Positions 10,512 through 21,086 are shown, counted from the first letter of the stretch. The stretch is 64,000 nucleotides of DNA from Oscillospiraceae bacterium (GCA_017515345.1 JAFWFZ010000007.1:3678-67677), one strand, 5' to 3'. The notes: a model not told the origin generated them from the sequence alone. Numbers and translations: made by a program.

Positions 10512-12842
10512 ATGACCAGAAACAATCCTGTGCAGCCCCAGGCCGCGCCCCGGGCCGGCAGGCTGATCCCCGGGGAGAAAACCATACGCGCCGCGGAGTA
10601 CGCGGTGCGCTTCGCCATGACCTTCATCCTGGCCGGGGCCGGGATGTTCGGCGTCCTGTCCCCCTTCGCCGCGGCCATGACGGCCGCGGCAGGCGCGGGC
10701 GCCGCGGGCGCCGTGTCGTTTGCGGGCGCCGCCGCCGGGTATCTGCTGCTGTGTCCCTTCCGGACCGCCGTGCGCTATCTGTGCGCCTCCGCCCTGGCCT
10801 TCGCCGCGGCAATGGCGTTCCGCTCCACGGAGACGCTGCGGAAGAGCTGGTTCGCTCCGGTCTGCGCCGCCTCGGCCATGATGTGCGTGGCCTTCACCGG
10901 GGTCATCGACGCCGGTTTCACCCTCCGCTCCATGGCCGTTTTCGCGGCGGATACGGCGCTGGCGGGCGGCGGGGCGTACTTCTTCAAAACGGCCCTGTCC
11001 CCCTGGTCGGGGCGGCTGGAGTTCGACCGCGGCGCGGAGCTGACCCACACCATCTCGGTACTGGTGCTGCTGGCCGCGCTCCTCATGGCGGTGGGGCGGA
11101 TCAAGGTGTTCGGCTTCGTCTCCCCGGGGCGGGCGGCCGCCATCGCCGCCGTGATGCTGCTGGCCTTCAAGGGCGGCTCGGGCGCCGGCTGCTGCTTCGG
11201 GGTGGTGCTGGGGCTGGCCATGGACGCCTCCGCGGGCACGACGCCCTTCTTCTGCATGGCCTACAGCGTGTCCGGCCTGGCGGCGGGCACCGTAGCCAAG
11301 CACGGGCGGCTGCCCTTCGCCCTGGTGTTCATCGTCTCCGCCGCCGCCTGCGCCGCGGCGGGCAGGGGCGGGGCCGGTGTGCCCGCGATCCTGTATGAGG
11401 TCTTTCTCGCCAGCATGCTGTTCATCGCGCTGCCCCGCCAGACCGTCAACCGGGTGGGAGCCATGCTCCCCCGTCAGGGCGGCGGAAACGGCGCGGAGCG
11501 GGCGCGGATCAGCACCCGGCGGCGGGTGGATATGACCTCCCTCGCCTTCAGCGACCTCTGTGAAACGGTCCGGCCGGGCGCCTCCGACGATCCCGCCGGG
11601 GAGGACGCGGCGACGGTCTTCGACCGGGCAGCGGAGCAGGTCTGCCGCGGATGTGAAAGCATGCACGTCTGCTGGGCGCAGCGGTACGGCTCCACCCAGA
11701 ACGTGATGAACGATCTGACGCCGAAAATGCTCAGGACCGGCCGCATCGAGGAAACCGACTTCCCCACGTTTTTCTCCCGGGAATGCCCCCACATCACCGC
11801 CCTGACGGCGGCCATCAACTGTGAGATGCGGGCGCTTCTGTACAGGCGGCAGTTCCGGACGCGCATCCGCGACAACCGCAGCGTGGCCTTTCACCAGTAT
11901 TCGGACATCGCGTCCATCCTCTCCGACCTCTCCCTGGAGCTCCGGCGGGACAGCGCCCTGCCGGAGCAGGAGGCCCGGCTCAGCCAGTATCTCTCCTCCC
12001 AGGGGTATCACGCCGACACGGCGGTGTACACAGACCGGCGGGGACGGCTGCGGGCGGAGATCTCCGGCGGCGACACAGCGCGGCTCATGCGGGACCGGGA
12101 GCATCTGGAGAAGCTCTCCGCCGTGCTCAAAAAGCGCCTTTGCACACGCCCCTCCGCCTGCGGGCACGACGTCCTCTGCCTCATGGAGGCGGAGCCGCTG
12201 GCGGCCTCGGTGGGCATCTCCAGCATTGCCCGGAAGGGGCGCGCCCCCAGCGGGGACCGCGGCGCGTACTTCAAGACGGACGACGGCGTTCTCCATATCC
12301 TGCTCACGGACGGCATGGGCTCCGGAGAGGAGGCGGCAAAGCAGAGCGCGGACGCGGTGCGCATCCTGGAGCGGTTCCTCCGTTCCGGCGTCTCGCCGGA
12401 GACGTCCGTGCGCATCCTCAACGACCTGCTGCTGCTGAAAAACGAGGACGACACGGTCTGCGCCTCGGTGGATCTCGTCACCATCGACCTGTTCACCGGG
12501 GAGACGGACCTGTTCAAATACGGGGCCGCGCCCTCCTATCTCCGGCAGGGGCAGAAGATCCGCCGCATCCGGGGAGAGAGCCTGGCGGCCGGGCTGGGGC
12601 TCCCGCCCAACGACGCCCCGGACCACGTGCATCTGACGCTGCAGCCCGGCGCCTGCGCGGTGATCGTCAGCGACGGAGTCACCTGCGGCGCGGACGACGG
12701 TTGGCTCACCGAGCTCATGGCGCAGCGGAGCGGCGAGCCGCCCAGGGAGCTGTCCCGGTCCATCATCCGTTCCGCGGCGGAGAAATTCGGCGACGAGGAC
12801 GACATGAGCGTCTACGTGGTCGCCGTCACGAAAAGAGAATAA
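10512..12842 (+). CDS. spoIIE: Stage II sporulation protein E (membrane PP2C phosphatase)
   Basis: About 330 aa of polytopic membrane region plus a C-terminal PP2C domain (LTDGMGSGEEA, VSDGV). I placed the start at ATG 10512 after a GGAAGGAG RBS; the ORF opens at 10452. Confidence 0.85.
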   Translation: MTRNNPVQPQAAPRAGRLIPGEKTIRAAEYAVRFAMTFILAGAGMFGVLSPFAAAMTAAAGAGAAGAVSFAGAAAGYLLLCPFRTAVRYLCASALAFAAAMAFRSTETLRKSWFAPVCAASAMMCVAFTGVIDAGFTLRSMAVFAADTALAGGGAYFFKTALSPWSGRLEFDRGAELTHTISVLVLLAALLMAVGRIKVFGFVSPGRAAAIAAVMLLAFKGGSGAGCCFGVVLGLAMDASAGTTPFFCMAYSVSGLAAGTVAKHGRLPFALVFIVSAAACAAAGRGGAGVPAILYEVFLASMLFIALPRQTVNRVGAMLPRQGGGNGAERARISTRRRVDMTSLAFSDLCETVRPGASDDPAGEDAATVFDRAAEQVCRGCESMHVCWAQRYGSTQNVMNDLTPKMLRTGRIEETDFPTFFSRECPHITALTAAINCEMRALLYRRQFRTRIRDNRSVAFHQYSDIASILSDLSLELRRDSALPEQEARLSQYLSSQGYHADTAVYTDRRGRLRAEISGGDTARLMRDREHLEKLSAVLKKRLCTRPSACGHDVLCLMEAEPLAASVGISSIARKGRAPSGDRGAYFKTDDGVLHILLTDGMGSGEEAAKQSADAVRILERFLRSGVSPETSVRILNDLLLLKNEDDTVCASVDLVTIDLFTGETDLFKYGAAPSYLRQGQKIRRIRGESLAAGLGLPPNDAPDHVHLTLQPGACAVIVSDGVTCGADDGWLTELMAQRSGEPPRELSRSIIRSAAEKFGDEDDMSVYVVAVTKRE

Positions 12843-12845
12843 AAA

Positions 12846-12877
12846 GCACAGCCCGGCGCATCCGCGCCGGGCTGTGC
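12846..12877. terminator. Hairpin terminator between convergent spoIIE and flavodiiron gene
   Basis: 14-bp stem GCACAGCCCGGCGC/GCGCCGGGCTGTGC with loop ATCC. An A-run sits on the left and a weak T-run on the right. Confidence 0.6.
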
Positions 12878-12890
12878 CGCATTTTGCCGC

Positions 12891-14093
12891 TTACGCTTCC
12901 AGGGACGCTTTGAGCGCGTCGGCGAGGGCATAGAGCTCCTCCCTCTGCGCCTCCGCGGGACGGGATCGGACGGTCACCGTGTTCTCCAGGAACGTCATGT
13001 CCCTGCAGGGGGCCAGGATCTCCCGCATCTGCTTTGCGCTGGTGGGCGCCCAGGAGCCGTTTTCGATGAAGGCGACCGTGCGGCCGCGGAGACCGTGGGC
13101 CGCGATATCCCGCAGCGTCTCGTCCATGCGGATGAACACGCCGCCGTTGTAGGTGGGCGCGGCAAACACCAGGTGGCTCCACCGGAAGGACGCGGCCACC
13201 ACCGTCTCCTCCGGGGTGACGGACACATCGTACATGACGACCCTCACGCCCAGCTCCCGCAGACGGCAGGCCAGCACCTCGCAGGCGTTCTTGGTGCCGC
13301 CGTAGACGGAGGCGTAGGCGATGACCACGCCCCGGTCCTCCGGCTCATAGGCGCTCCATTTCAGGTATTTCTCCAAAATCGCGCCCAGGTCCTTCCGCCA
13401 CACGAAGCCGTGGAGCGGACAGATCGTCTGAATGTCCAGTCCCGCCGCCTTTTTGAGGAGGGTCTGCACCTGGGGACCGTATTTGCCCACGATGTTGCAG
13501 TAGTAGCTGCGGGCGCGGTCCAGATAATCCCGGAAAAAGTCCACCTCGTCGGCAAACAGCGCGCCGTCGGGGGCGCCGAAGGTGCCGAAGGCGTCGGCGG
13601 AGAACAGGAGCTTTTCCGCGGCGTCATAGGTGACCATGACCTCCGGCCAGTGGACCATGGGGGCCATGACGAAGGTGAGCTTGTGGCGCCCCGTATCCAG
13701 GACGGTCCCCTCCTCCGCGAGGAGGGCCGTGCCGGTCACGTCCCTGCCGAAGAACTGGCCAATCATGCCGGCGGCTTTTTTGCTGCACACGATCCGCGCC
13801 TCGGGATACCGGAGCATCACCTCGCCCAGTGTGGAGGAGTGGTCCGGCTCCATATGCTGGACGATGATATAGTCCAGCTTCCTGCCGCCCAGCACGTGCT
13901 CCACGTTCTCGAGAAAGGCCTCGGAAACGGCGTGATCCACCGTGTCCACCAGAACGGTCTTCTCATCCGTGATCACGTAGGCGTTGTAGGCCATGCCCCG
14001 GGAGAGCCGGTAGACCCCCTCGAAGATGCTGATCCTGCGGTCGCAGCCGCCCACCCACGTGACGTCGTCCGTGACTTTTCTAACGCAGTACAA
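12891..14093 (-). CDS. FprA-type flavodiiron protein (metallo-beta-lactamase + flavodoxin domains)
   Basis: 400 aa with the di-iron motif HMEPDH and a C-terminal flavodoxin-like domain. Confidence 0.85.
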   Translation of the reverse strand: MYCVRKVTDDVTWVGGCDRRISIFEGVYRLSRGMAYNAYVITDEKTVLVDTVDHAVSEAFLENVEHVLGGRKLDYIIVQHMEPDHSSTLGEVMLRYPEARIVCSKKAAGMIGQFFGRDVTGTALLAEEGTVLDTGRHKLTFVMAPMVHWPEVMVTYDAAEKLLFSADAFGTFGAPDGALFADEVDFFRDYLDRARSYYCNIVGKYGPQVQTLLKKAAGLDIQTICPLHGFVWRKDLGAILEKYLKWSAYEPEDRGVVIAYASVYGGTKNACEVLACRLRELGVRVVMYDVSVTPEETVVAASFRWSHLVFAAPTYNGGVFIRMDETLRDIAAHGLRGRTVAFIENGSWAPTSAKQMREILAPCRDMTFLENTVTVRSRPAEAQREELYALADALKASLEA

Positions 14094-14108
14094 ATCGTTT
14101 TCCTCCCG

Positions 14109-16142
14109 TCAAAAGCGGCGTCCGATGTCCCGCGCGGTGAAGAAGCCCGCGCTGGACGCCTCGTGGATGTTCTTCGGGGCGACGCAGTCGCCGATCATGT
14201 AGAATTCGGGGGCGCATTCCCGGAGCGCCAGGGCATCCTCCCGCAGGGGGCTCTGGCCGACGGCGTAGGCCACGGTGTCCGCCTCGAAGAAGACGGTCCC
14301 CTCCGTACCCAGGGGCTCGTACTGGGGCAGGGCAAAGGGCATGGGATTCTTCGGGGGAAGGGGCTCGCCGGTGAACTCGCAGAGGACGCCCTTATCCGTG
14401 ATCTCCAGCGCACGGGTGGCAACGGAGATCTTCACGCCATAGGTCTCGAACTCGCCTGACAGGGAAAGCCCCTGGAGGTTGTTCCCGCCGTCGTTCAGCG
14501 TCGGCATCATCTCCACGATGGTGACTTCCCGGCCCTGCATGGCCATGAACACGGCGAGCTCCATGCCCACCAGGCCGCCGCCCAGCACCACCAGGCGCCT
14601 GCCGCACTTTTCGGGGGCCATGTACAGCTCCTCCGCGCCGATGACGTTTTCATTGTCCCAGCCCTTCAGGAACTTCGGCACCACCGGCCGCGCGCCCATG
14701 GCGGCGATGATCACGTCGGGAGCGAGCTCCTTTGCCAGCTCCGGCGTTACGGGGGTATTCAGCCGCACGTCCACATTCGTCTTGGTGAGCATGTGCTCCT
14801 GATGGTCCAGGTACATGCCCAGCCGCTTCTTGAAGGGCACCAGCTCCTCGCACCGGAGGGCGCCGCCCAGGCGATCCGCCTTCTCGCAGAGGATGACCTG
14901 GTGTCCGCGGTCCGCCGCGGTGAGAGCCGCCTGCATGCCGCCGATGCCGCCGCCGGCGATAAGGATCTTCTTTTTGAACCGGGGGGGCGTGTCGTGCTTG
15001 ATCTCATGCTCGTTGCCGATCTCCGGATTGATGGCGCAGCGGTAGTTGGAGCGGTGCATGTGGTGGGAATAGCAGTACAGGCAGCGCATGCACTGGTTGA
15101 TCTCGTCCTCCCGGCCCAGCATGGCCTTGATGGGGATATCCGGGTCCGCGATGAGGCCGCGGGCCACCTCCACCACGTCGGCCTTGCCGGTGGCGATGAT
15201 CTCCTCCATGAGCTCCGGATCCGCCAGAGCGCCCACGGTGGCCACGGGGGTATTCACGTACTTTTTGATCTCGGCGGCGTACTTCACGTTGACGCCGTCG
15301 GGCTTGAACATGCTGGGGGACATGAGGGTCAGGGCCAGGGGCACCTCGTGGCTGCTGGCGGAAACGTGGATGATGTCGCAGTGGCCGTCCAGCTGCTTCG
15401 CGATCTCCACGCCCTCCCCGATGTCGTAGCCGCCCTCAAAGCACTCCGCGCCGCTGATGCGCACCTCCAGGGTGAGGTTGGGGCACTTCTGACGGATCCT
15501 GTCGCACGCCGCCACCATGAAGCGGGCGCGGTTTTCGATGGAGGGGCCGCCCCACCTGTCTTTTCTGGTGTTGGACCAGGGGGCCAGGAACTGGGACAGC
15601 TGCCAGCCGTGGCCCGCGTGGAGCACCACGCGCTCGAAGCCGCCGGACTGGGCGACAGCCGCCGCGTTGGCGTAATCCTCGATGTTTTTGAGGATCATCT
15701 CCTCCGTCATCTCATAGACCACATGGCCGTTGCCGTCGTCCGTGTGGACGGGGCCGTAGAGCTTGCCGCCGATGGAGGCGGAGTAGTGGGCGCAGTTGCC
15801 CGCGTGGAGGATCTCCACCGCCGGAACCGCCCCGTGGCGCACGATGGGCGCGGTGATCTGCTCCAGAGCCGGCACCGTGGCCGTCAGGTCCAGCCGGAGC
15901 TGGTTGGAGCGGGCGATCCCGTCCGCAGCCACCGCAGCGTCGCCCACGCAGACGGACGCCGCGCCGCCCATGGCCTTGCGCTCATAGTAGCAGGCCGCCT
16001 CGTCTACCGGCTGCTCCTTGTAGCCGGTGGGGGAATAAAAGATCCTGTTCTTGAAAAATCGCTTGCCCAGCACGATGGGCTCAAAGAGGTGAGGAAACTT
16101 GTTGGACATGGCAGTCTGCGGGATTTCCCGCTCTCCTTTCAT
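14109..16142 (-). CDS. Fe-S flavoenzyme of the 2-enoate / 2,4-dienoyl-CoA reductase family (OYE TIM barrel + FAD/NAD(P) domains)
   Basis: OYE motif HAGHGWQLSQFL, a Cys cluster (CMRCLYC...C) and two GxGxxG motifs (IAGGGIGGMQAA, VLGGGLVGMELA). I moved the start to ATG 16142 (AAGGAG RBS 6 nt upstream). The ORF-track start at 16187 lies upstream of the predicted -10. Confidence 0.85.
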   Translation of the reverse strand: MKGEREIPQTAMSNKFPHLFEPIVLGKRFFKNRIFYSPTGYKEQPVDEAACYYERKAMGGAASVCVGDAAVAADGIARSNQLRLDLTATVPALEQITAPIVRHGAVPAVEILHAGNCAHYSASIGGKLYGPVHTDDGNGHVVYEMTEEMILKNIEDYANAAAVAQSGGFERVVLHAGHGWQLSQFLAPWSNTRKDRWGGPSIENRARFMVAACDRIRQKCPNLTLEVRISGAECFEGGYDIGEGVEIAKQLDGHCDIIHVSASSHEVPLALTLMSPSMFKPDGVNVKYAAEIKKYVNTPVATVGALADPELMEEIIATGKADVVEVARGLIADPDIPIKAMLGREDEINQCMRCLYCYSHHMHRSNYRCAINPEIGNEHEIKHDTPPRFKKKILIAGGGIGGMQAALTAADRGHQVILCEKADRLGGALRCEELVPFKKRLGMYLDHQEHMLTKTNVDVRLNTPVTPELAKELAPDVIIAAMGARPVVPKFLKGWDNENVIGAEELYMAPEKCGRRLVVLGGGLVGMELAVFMAMQGREVTIVEMMPTLNDGGNNLQGLSLSGEFETYGVKISVATRALEITDKGVLCEFTGEPLPPKNPMPFALPQYEPLGTEGTVFFEADTVAYAVGQSPLREDALALRECAPEFYMIGDCVAPKNIHEASSAGFFTARDIGRRF

Positions 16143-16175
16143 CAGATGCTCCTTTCGGAGCGTTGGAATGAGGTC

Positions 16176-16204
16176 ATTATATACCATGTGATCCCCTTTG
16201 GCAA
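16176..16204 (-). promoter_or_regulatory. Putative sigma-A promoter of the enoate reductase-fprA unit
   Basis: Minus strand reads TTGCCA, 17 nt, then TATAAT. Confidence 0.6.
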
Positions 16205-16228
16205 GACGGGGCGGAGCCGCGTCCAGCC

Positions 16229-16257
16229 TTGAAAACGGCGCTTACTTATGCTATCAT
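16229..16257 (+). promoter_or_regulatory. Putative sigma-A promoter of the MATE-enoate reductase unit
   Basis: TTGAAA, 17 nt, then TATCAT. It is divergent from the promoter at 16176-16204. Confidence 0.6.
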
Positions 16258-16287
16258 GGGAAAAAAAGACGAACCTGGTGATAAGCT

Positions 16288-17652
16288 TTGGCCGCAAACA
16301 CGATCATTCGGAACTACACAGAGGGGAACATCGCGAAGCAGGTGCTGGTCTACTCGGCGCCCTTCGTGCTCTCCAACCTTCTTCAGACCTTTTACAATCT
16401 GGTGGATATGGCCTTCATCGGCCGTTTTGTGGGGCAGGCCGGGCTCTCTGCCGTCTCCGTGGGCGGCGATATCCTGAACCTGTTCACCTTTATCTGCATG
16501 GGCTTCACCTCGGTGGTGCAGATCATCCTGGCCCAGTATGTGGGCAAGCGGGAGTACGACAACGTGGGGCGCACCGTGGGCACCGCGTCGGTCTTCATCC
16601 TCTCCCTGGGGGCGCTCTTCATGCTGATCGGCTTTGCCTTCGGGGGTCAATTCCTCACCTGGATGCACGTGCCCGACGCCGCCAGGAGCCAGGCCCGCGC
16701 CTATACCCTCGTGTGCTACAGCGGGCTCATCTTCATCTTCGGCTACAATATGGTCAGCGCCATCCAGCGGGGCATGGGCGACTCCAAAACGCCGTTTCTG
16801 TTCGTGGCCCTCGCCACCGTCATCAATATCGTTCTGGACTACACCTTCATCGTGGTGATGAAGCTGGAGGCGCTGGGCGCGGCGCTGGGCACCGTCATCG
16901 GCCAGTGCGTGGCCTTCCTCTGCTCCGTCGTCTATCTCTACCGGAAGCGGAACACCTTCGGCTTCCGATTCTCCGGGCGGCTGTTCATCCCCAACAAAAA
17001 GATCATGGGCATCATCCTGCGGCTGGGCATCCCCAGCACCCTGCAGTTCTGCGCGATCAACCTCTCCGGCCTGGTGGTCAACGCCTTCATCAACGACATC
17101 GGGCTGACGGAATCCGCCGTCAACGCCGTGGCCCACAAGATCGGCAACATCGCCAGCATCGTCACCACCGGTCTGAACTCCGCGGGAGCCGCCCTGGTGG
17201 GACAGAACTTCGGCGCGGGGAAGCTGGATCGGGTCAAGCGCATCATGGGCGTGGTGGCCGTGGCCAGCGTCGTCTTCGCCGCGATCCTGTCCGCGCTGCT
17301 CATCATCTTCCCCGAGGAGATCTTCGGTATCTTCAACAAGGAGGAGGCCGTGCTCGCCATGTGCCACAGCTACGTGATCGTCGGCGTGCTGAGCTTCTTC
17401 GGATTTGCCTCCCGCGCGCCCTTCCTGGCGCTGGTGAACGGGCAGGGCTTTGCCGCCCTGGGCTTCACCGTCGGCATGCTGGACGGCGTCGTGTTCCGGA
17501 TCGGCATTTCCATCCTGCTGGGCACGGTGCTGAAAATGGGCATCACCGGCTTCTGGCTGGGCAGCGTTCTGGCGGGCTACACATATCTTTTCGTCGGCGG
17601 CGCCTATTTCTTCTCCGGGAAATGGCGGACGCGGCCGCTGGCGGTCAAATAG
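16288..17652 (+). CDS. MATE-family efflux transporter
   Basis: 454 aa with about 12 TM segments and a typical MATE N-terminus (NYTEGNIAKQVLVYSAPFVLSNLLQ). The start is TTG, so it is uncertain. Confidence 0.85.
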   Translation: MAANTIIRNYTEGNIAKQVLVYSAPFVLSNLLQTFYNLVDMAFIGRFVGQAGLSAVSVGGDILNLFTFICMGFTSVVQIILAQYVGKREYDNVGRTVGTASVFILSLGALFMLIGFAFGGQFLTWMHVPDAARSQARAYTLVCYSGLIFIFGYNMVSAIQRGMGDSKTPFLFVALATVINIVLDYTFIVVMKLEALGAALGTVIGQCVAFLCSVVYLYRKRNTFGFRFSGRLFIPNKKIMGIILRLGIPSTLQFCAINLSGLVVNAFINDIGLTESAVNAVAHKIGNIASIVTTGLNSAGAALVGQNFGAGKLDRVKRIMGVVAVASVVFAAILSALLIIFPEEIFGIFNKEEAVLAMCHSYVIVGVLSFFGFASRAPFLALVNGQGFAALGFTVGMLDGVVFRIGISILLGTVLKMGITGFWLGSVLAGYTYLFVGGAYFFSGKWRTRPLAVK

Positions 17653-17673
17653 CGTCTTTGTGTAAGAAAGGGT

Positions 17674-19644
17674 GTGCAGAATATGGAAAAAGTGAACCGA
17701 TATCCACACGTGTTTTCTCCCCTGAAGCTCAAAAATCTGACTCTCCGGAACAGGATCCAGTTTTCCCCCATGGTGAGCTGTCTCACCACCGCCTCGGGCG
17801 AGGTGACAACGGAGTACTGCGATTTCATCGCCATGCAGGCCCGCACCGGCGCGGCCCTGGTGACCATCGGCGCCTCCGGCATCGACGAGGAGAACGGCTT
17901 CGACTGCGCCGGCGAGCTGAACATCACCCGGGACGAGTACATCGGCGGTCTCGCCCGCATCGCGGAGGCCAGTCACCGGCACGGGGCGAAGATCTCCGCG
18001 GAGATGATCCACGCCGGGCGCAACGCCGATCCCATGCTGACGAAAACGCCCTACGCCATCGCCCCGACGCCCATGCCCCTGCCGGGCCGCATCCGCTTCG
18101 TGAAGGAGATGGACCAGCTCGATATCGACCGGGTGGTGAAGTGCTATGCCGACTGCGCCTACCGGCTGTATGAGGCCGGCTTCGACATGTGCATGATCCA
18201 CGGCGCCCACGGCAACATGGTGGGTTCCTTCCTCTCCCCCGCCTTCAACTTCCGCACCGACTGCTACGGCGGCTCGCCGGAGAACCGGATGCGCTTCCCC
18301 CTGGAGATCCTGGAGGCCATCCGCAATCGCTGCGGCAATAAGATCGCCGTCGAGTTCCGCATCTCCGGGGACGAGATCATCCCCGGCGGCGCAAGGGTGG
18401 AGGACGCCATCGCCTTCCTGCGGAAAGCCCAGGATTATCTGGATCTGGTGGTGGTCTCCCGCGGGCTCATCGTGGACAGGAACTATGAGTTCTACACCCA
18501 GCCCCCCTACTACAACGGCTACGCCCACAACGTGCCCTACGCGGAGAAGATCAAAAAGGCCATCGACATTCCCGTATCCGTGGTGGGCTCCATCAAAACG
18601 GTGGAAATGGCGGAGGAGATCCTCGCCGCCGGCAAGGCCGACGTGATCGCCATGGCGCGGCAGCTCATGTGCGACCCCAACATGCTGAAAAACGCCCGCA
18701 GGGGCGAGCCGGAGAAGACGAAGCCCTGCCTCCGCTGCCTGCAGGTTTGCAACAAGAACACGGCCATGGGCATTCCCATCAGCTGCGCCGTCAGCCCGGA
18801 GCTGGGGTTTGAATCCAAATACTCCGTCATCTACAAGTCTCCGGAGCCGAAAAAATGCGTCATCGTGGGCGGCGGCGTCGCCGGAATGATGGCCGCCCAG
18901 ACACTGGTGAAGCGAGGCCACACGGTGACCCTCATCGAGCGGAACGCCTCCCTGGGCGGACGGCTCCTGGACATCGCCAGCCTCCCGTTCAAGGAGGATC
19001 TGCGCCAGTACCGGGAGTGGGACATCCGCACCACCATGGCCTGCGGCGCGAAGATCCTGCTGAACACGAAGGCCACGCCCGAGCTCATCGAGGCGGAAGC
19101 GCCCGACGTGCTGTTCCTCGCCACCGGCGGCAGGCTCATCACCCCGGATATCCCCGGCATCGACGGGGCGAACGTCGTGGACGTGTGCTCCGTGGACTCC
19201 GGCAGGGCGGAAACGGGAGACCGGGTCGTGGTCTGCGGCGGCGGCATGAGCGGGCTGGAGTGCGCACTGGGCCTCGCCATGCAGGGAAAGAAGGTTTCGG
19301 TCATCGACATGCTGGATCCTGCGGACTTCGCCAGCGAGATCTTCTTCCCCACGAAGAACATGCTCTTCATGCTGCTGAAAAAGCACGGCGTGAAGCTCCT
19401 GGGCAACCGGAAGGTGGAGCGGGTGACGGAGTTGGGCGTGGAGACCATCGACCGGAACTGGAAGCACGAGTTCTTTGAGGCGGATACCGTGGTCACCGCC
19501 TTCGGCGTGGCGCCCAACCGGGACGATTTCGAGGAGCTCCAATACCTGGTGCCGGACACCTATATCATCGGCGACTGCGACGACGCGGAGAAGAGCATCG
19601 GCTACGCCAACTACAGCGCCTTCCACAACACGGTGGTGCTGTGA
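17674..19644 (+). CDS. Second Fe-S flavoenzyme of the 2-enoate reductase family (paralog of 14109-16142)
   Basis: 656 aa with the OYE motif HGAHGNMVGSFLSP, a Cys cluster (CLRCLQVCN...C) and GxGxxG motifs (VGGGVAGMMAA, VCGGGMSGLECA). Confidence 0.85.
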   Translation: MQNMEKVNRYPHVFSPLKLKNLTLRNRIQFSPMVSCLTTASGEVTTEYCDFIAMQARTGAALVTIGASGIDEENGFDCAGELNITRDEYIGGLARIAEASHRHGAKISAEMIHAGRNADPMLTKTPYAIAPTPMPLPGRIRFVKEMDQLDIDRVVKCYADCAYRLYEAGFDMCMIHGAHGNMVGSFLSPAFNFRTDCYGGSPENRMRFPLEILEAIRNRCGNKIAVEFRISGDEIIPGGARVEDAIAFLRKAQDYLDLVVVSRGLIVDRNYEFYTQPPYYNGYAHNVPYAEKIKKAIDIPVSVVGSIKTVEMAEEILAAGKADVIAMARQLMCDPNMLKNARRGEPEKTKPCLRCLQVCNKNTAMGIPISCAVSPELGFESKYSVIYKSPEPKKCVIVGGGVAGMMAAQTLVKRGHTVTLIERNASLGGRLLDIASLPFKEDLRQYREWDIRTTMACGAKILLNTKATPELIEAEAPDVLFLATGGRLITPDIPGIDGANVVDVCSVDSGRAETGDRVVVCGGGMSGLECALGLAMQGKKVSVIDMLDPADFASEIFFPTKNMLFMLLKKHGVKLLGNRKVERVTELGVETIDRNWKHEFFEADTVVTAFGVAPNRDDFEELQYLVPDTYIIGDCDDAEKSIGYANYSAFHNTVVL

Positions 19645-19681
19645 CCCGATGGCGGGCAAAACGAACCGATCACAACAGCGA

Positions 19682-19714
19682 AGCCGGAGGGGCAATCCCC
19701 TCCGGCTCCTTTTT
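19682..19714 (+). terminator. Intrinsic terminator after the second enoate reductase
   Basis: 11-bp stem AGCCGGAGGGG/CCCCTCCGGCT with loop CAAT, followed by CCTTTTTAT. Confidence 0.7.
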
Positions 19715-20363
19715 ATCTGCGTTTTCTCTTCTTATAGTCCTCTTCGATGCGCCTTCCCCAGCTCGGAGCCAGGGGCGCGGAGGCGCGGACGCAGCTCACG
19801 GCGTCGGACACAGTGTCGTAGAGGATCTTCGTTCCGATCCCGTCGGAGTTGTAATTCACGGCGCGATCCTTCGCAACGCCCAGGCTTGCCGCCGTCTCCG
19901 CCGCGTCGATGTTCGCGGCCAGGAACAGGAATTCCCAGCCTCTCTCCGTCTGCATCTTTTTGATGAGCTTCCTCACCGCGTCGCCGGAAAACCGGCGGCT
20001 GGAATTTTCCATCCCGTCGGTGGTGATGACGAACACCGTGTGCCCGGGCACGTCCTCCGGCCGGATGTATTTGTGGATGGCGGCGATGTGCTCCACCGTC
20101 TCCCCGACGGCATCCAGCAGGGCCGTGCAGCCTCCGGGGCAGTAGTCCGAGTCCTTCATGGACGCCACCTGCGCCAGGGGGAGCCGGTCATGGACCGTCT
20201 CGCTCACGCTGTTGAAGAGCACCGTGGTCACATAGCAGACGCCGTCCTGCTTCTTCTGCTTTTCCAGCATGGCGTTGAAGCCGCCCACCGTGTCCTGCTC
20301 CAGCCCGGCCATGGAGCCGCTGCGGTCCAGGATGAATACCAGCTCGGTGATGTTGTCGTTCAT
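19713..20363 (-). CDS. Stand-alone von Willebrand factor A (vWA) domain protein
   Basis: MIDAS motif DRSGSM, a downstream TTDG and a basic C-terminal tail. The start is ATG 20363 after an AAAGGAGG RBS; the ORF-track start at 20417 is probably too long. Confidence 0.8.
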   Translation of the reverse strand: MNDNITELVFILDRSGSMAGLEQDTVGGFNAMLEKQKKQDGVCYVTTVLFNSVSETVHDRLPLAQVASMKDSDYCPGGCTALLDAVGETVEHIAAIHKYIRPEDVPGHTVFVITTDGMENSSRRFSGDAVRKLIKKMQTERGWEFLFLAANIDAAETAASLGVAKDRAVNYNSDGIGTKILYDTVSDAVSCVRASAPLAPSWGRRIEEDYKKRKRR

Positions 20364-20521
20364 GGTAATGACCTCCTTTTCGTTTCTGATTGCAGTATAC
20401 CCTCTCCCCGGCCGCACGGGGTCGCCTGCGGAGCGACATTTTTACCCCCGGGCGCAGTCGGAGAGCGCGGCCGGAACGGCCGGGCGGCTCTCCCGGAAAA
20501 GGCGGAATACCATTTTTGTCA

Positions 20522-20550
20522 TTGACATATATATGATAACAAGATATAAT
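20522..20550 (+). promoter_or_regulatory. Exact-consensus sigma-A promoter
   Basis: TTGACA, exactly 17 nt, then TATAAT. It lies about 100 nt upstream of the lipoprotein gene. Confidence 0.7.
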
Positions 20551-20656
20551 CAGCAGTGAAATATTGGTGATTTTGTCTCGCCGGTATTTCATCCTTTTCG
20601 GGGGGCGGCGGATACGGCCGTCCGTTTGGAATTAAAGCAATTGGGAGGAAACCACC

Positions 20657-21070
20657 ATGAAAAGAGCCATCGTTGCGATCATGCTCATTGCTGCACTCTG
20701 CCTCACGCTTATGGCCTGCGGCGGCAAGGAGAGCGAGCTCTCCTTTACGAACAAGCTCAGCACCGTGGCGCACAGCGTCTACATCAGCCACGAGAGCGAG
20801 GGCGAATGGGGCGAGCCCATCAACAGCGCCAAGATCAACAGCGGCTCCACGATCCGCTTTGATTTTGAGAAGCTCGGCACCTACGGCCCCGGCGTTTACG
20901 ACGTTGCGGTCGTGGATGAAAACAACATGAACTATGACGTGTATGAGGTCACGCTGGCCATCGGGGACAGCATCACCTTCTCCGCCAACGGCGATACCGC
21001 CGTGGTCACCGTCACCTCTGCCAGCGGCTCCTCCACCACCTACGAGGGGATCAGCTACGCCGGCGAATGA
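20657..21070 (+). CDS. Small lipoprotein, unknown function
   Basis: 137 aa with a signal peptide, a lipobox (LTLMAC-GG) and a GGGAGG RBS. I recognise no family. Confidence 0.7.
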   Translation: MKRAIVAIMLIAALCLTLMACGGKESELSFTNKLSTVAHSVYISHESEGEWGEPINSAKINSGSTIRFDFEKLGTYGPGVYDVAVVDENNMNYDVYEVTLAIGDSITFSANGDTAVVTVTSASGSSTTYEGISYAGE

Positions 21071-21086
21071 TCGCCGACACAGAACA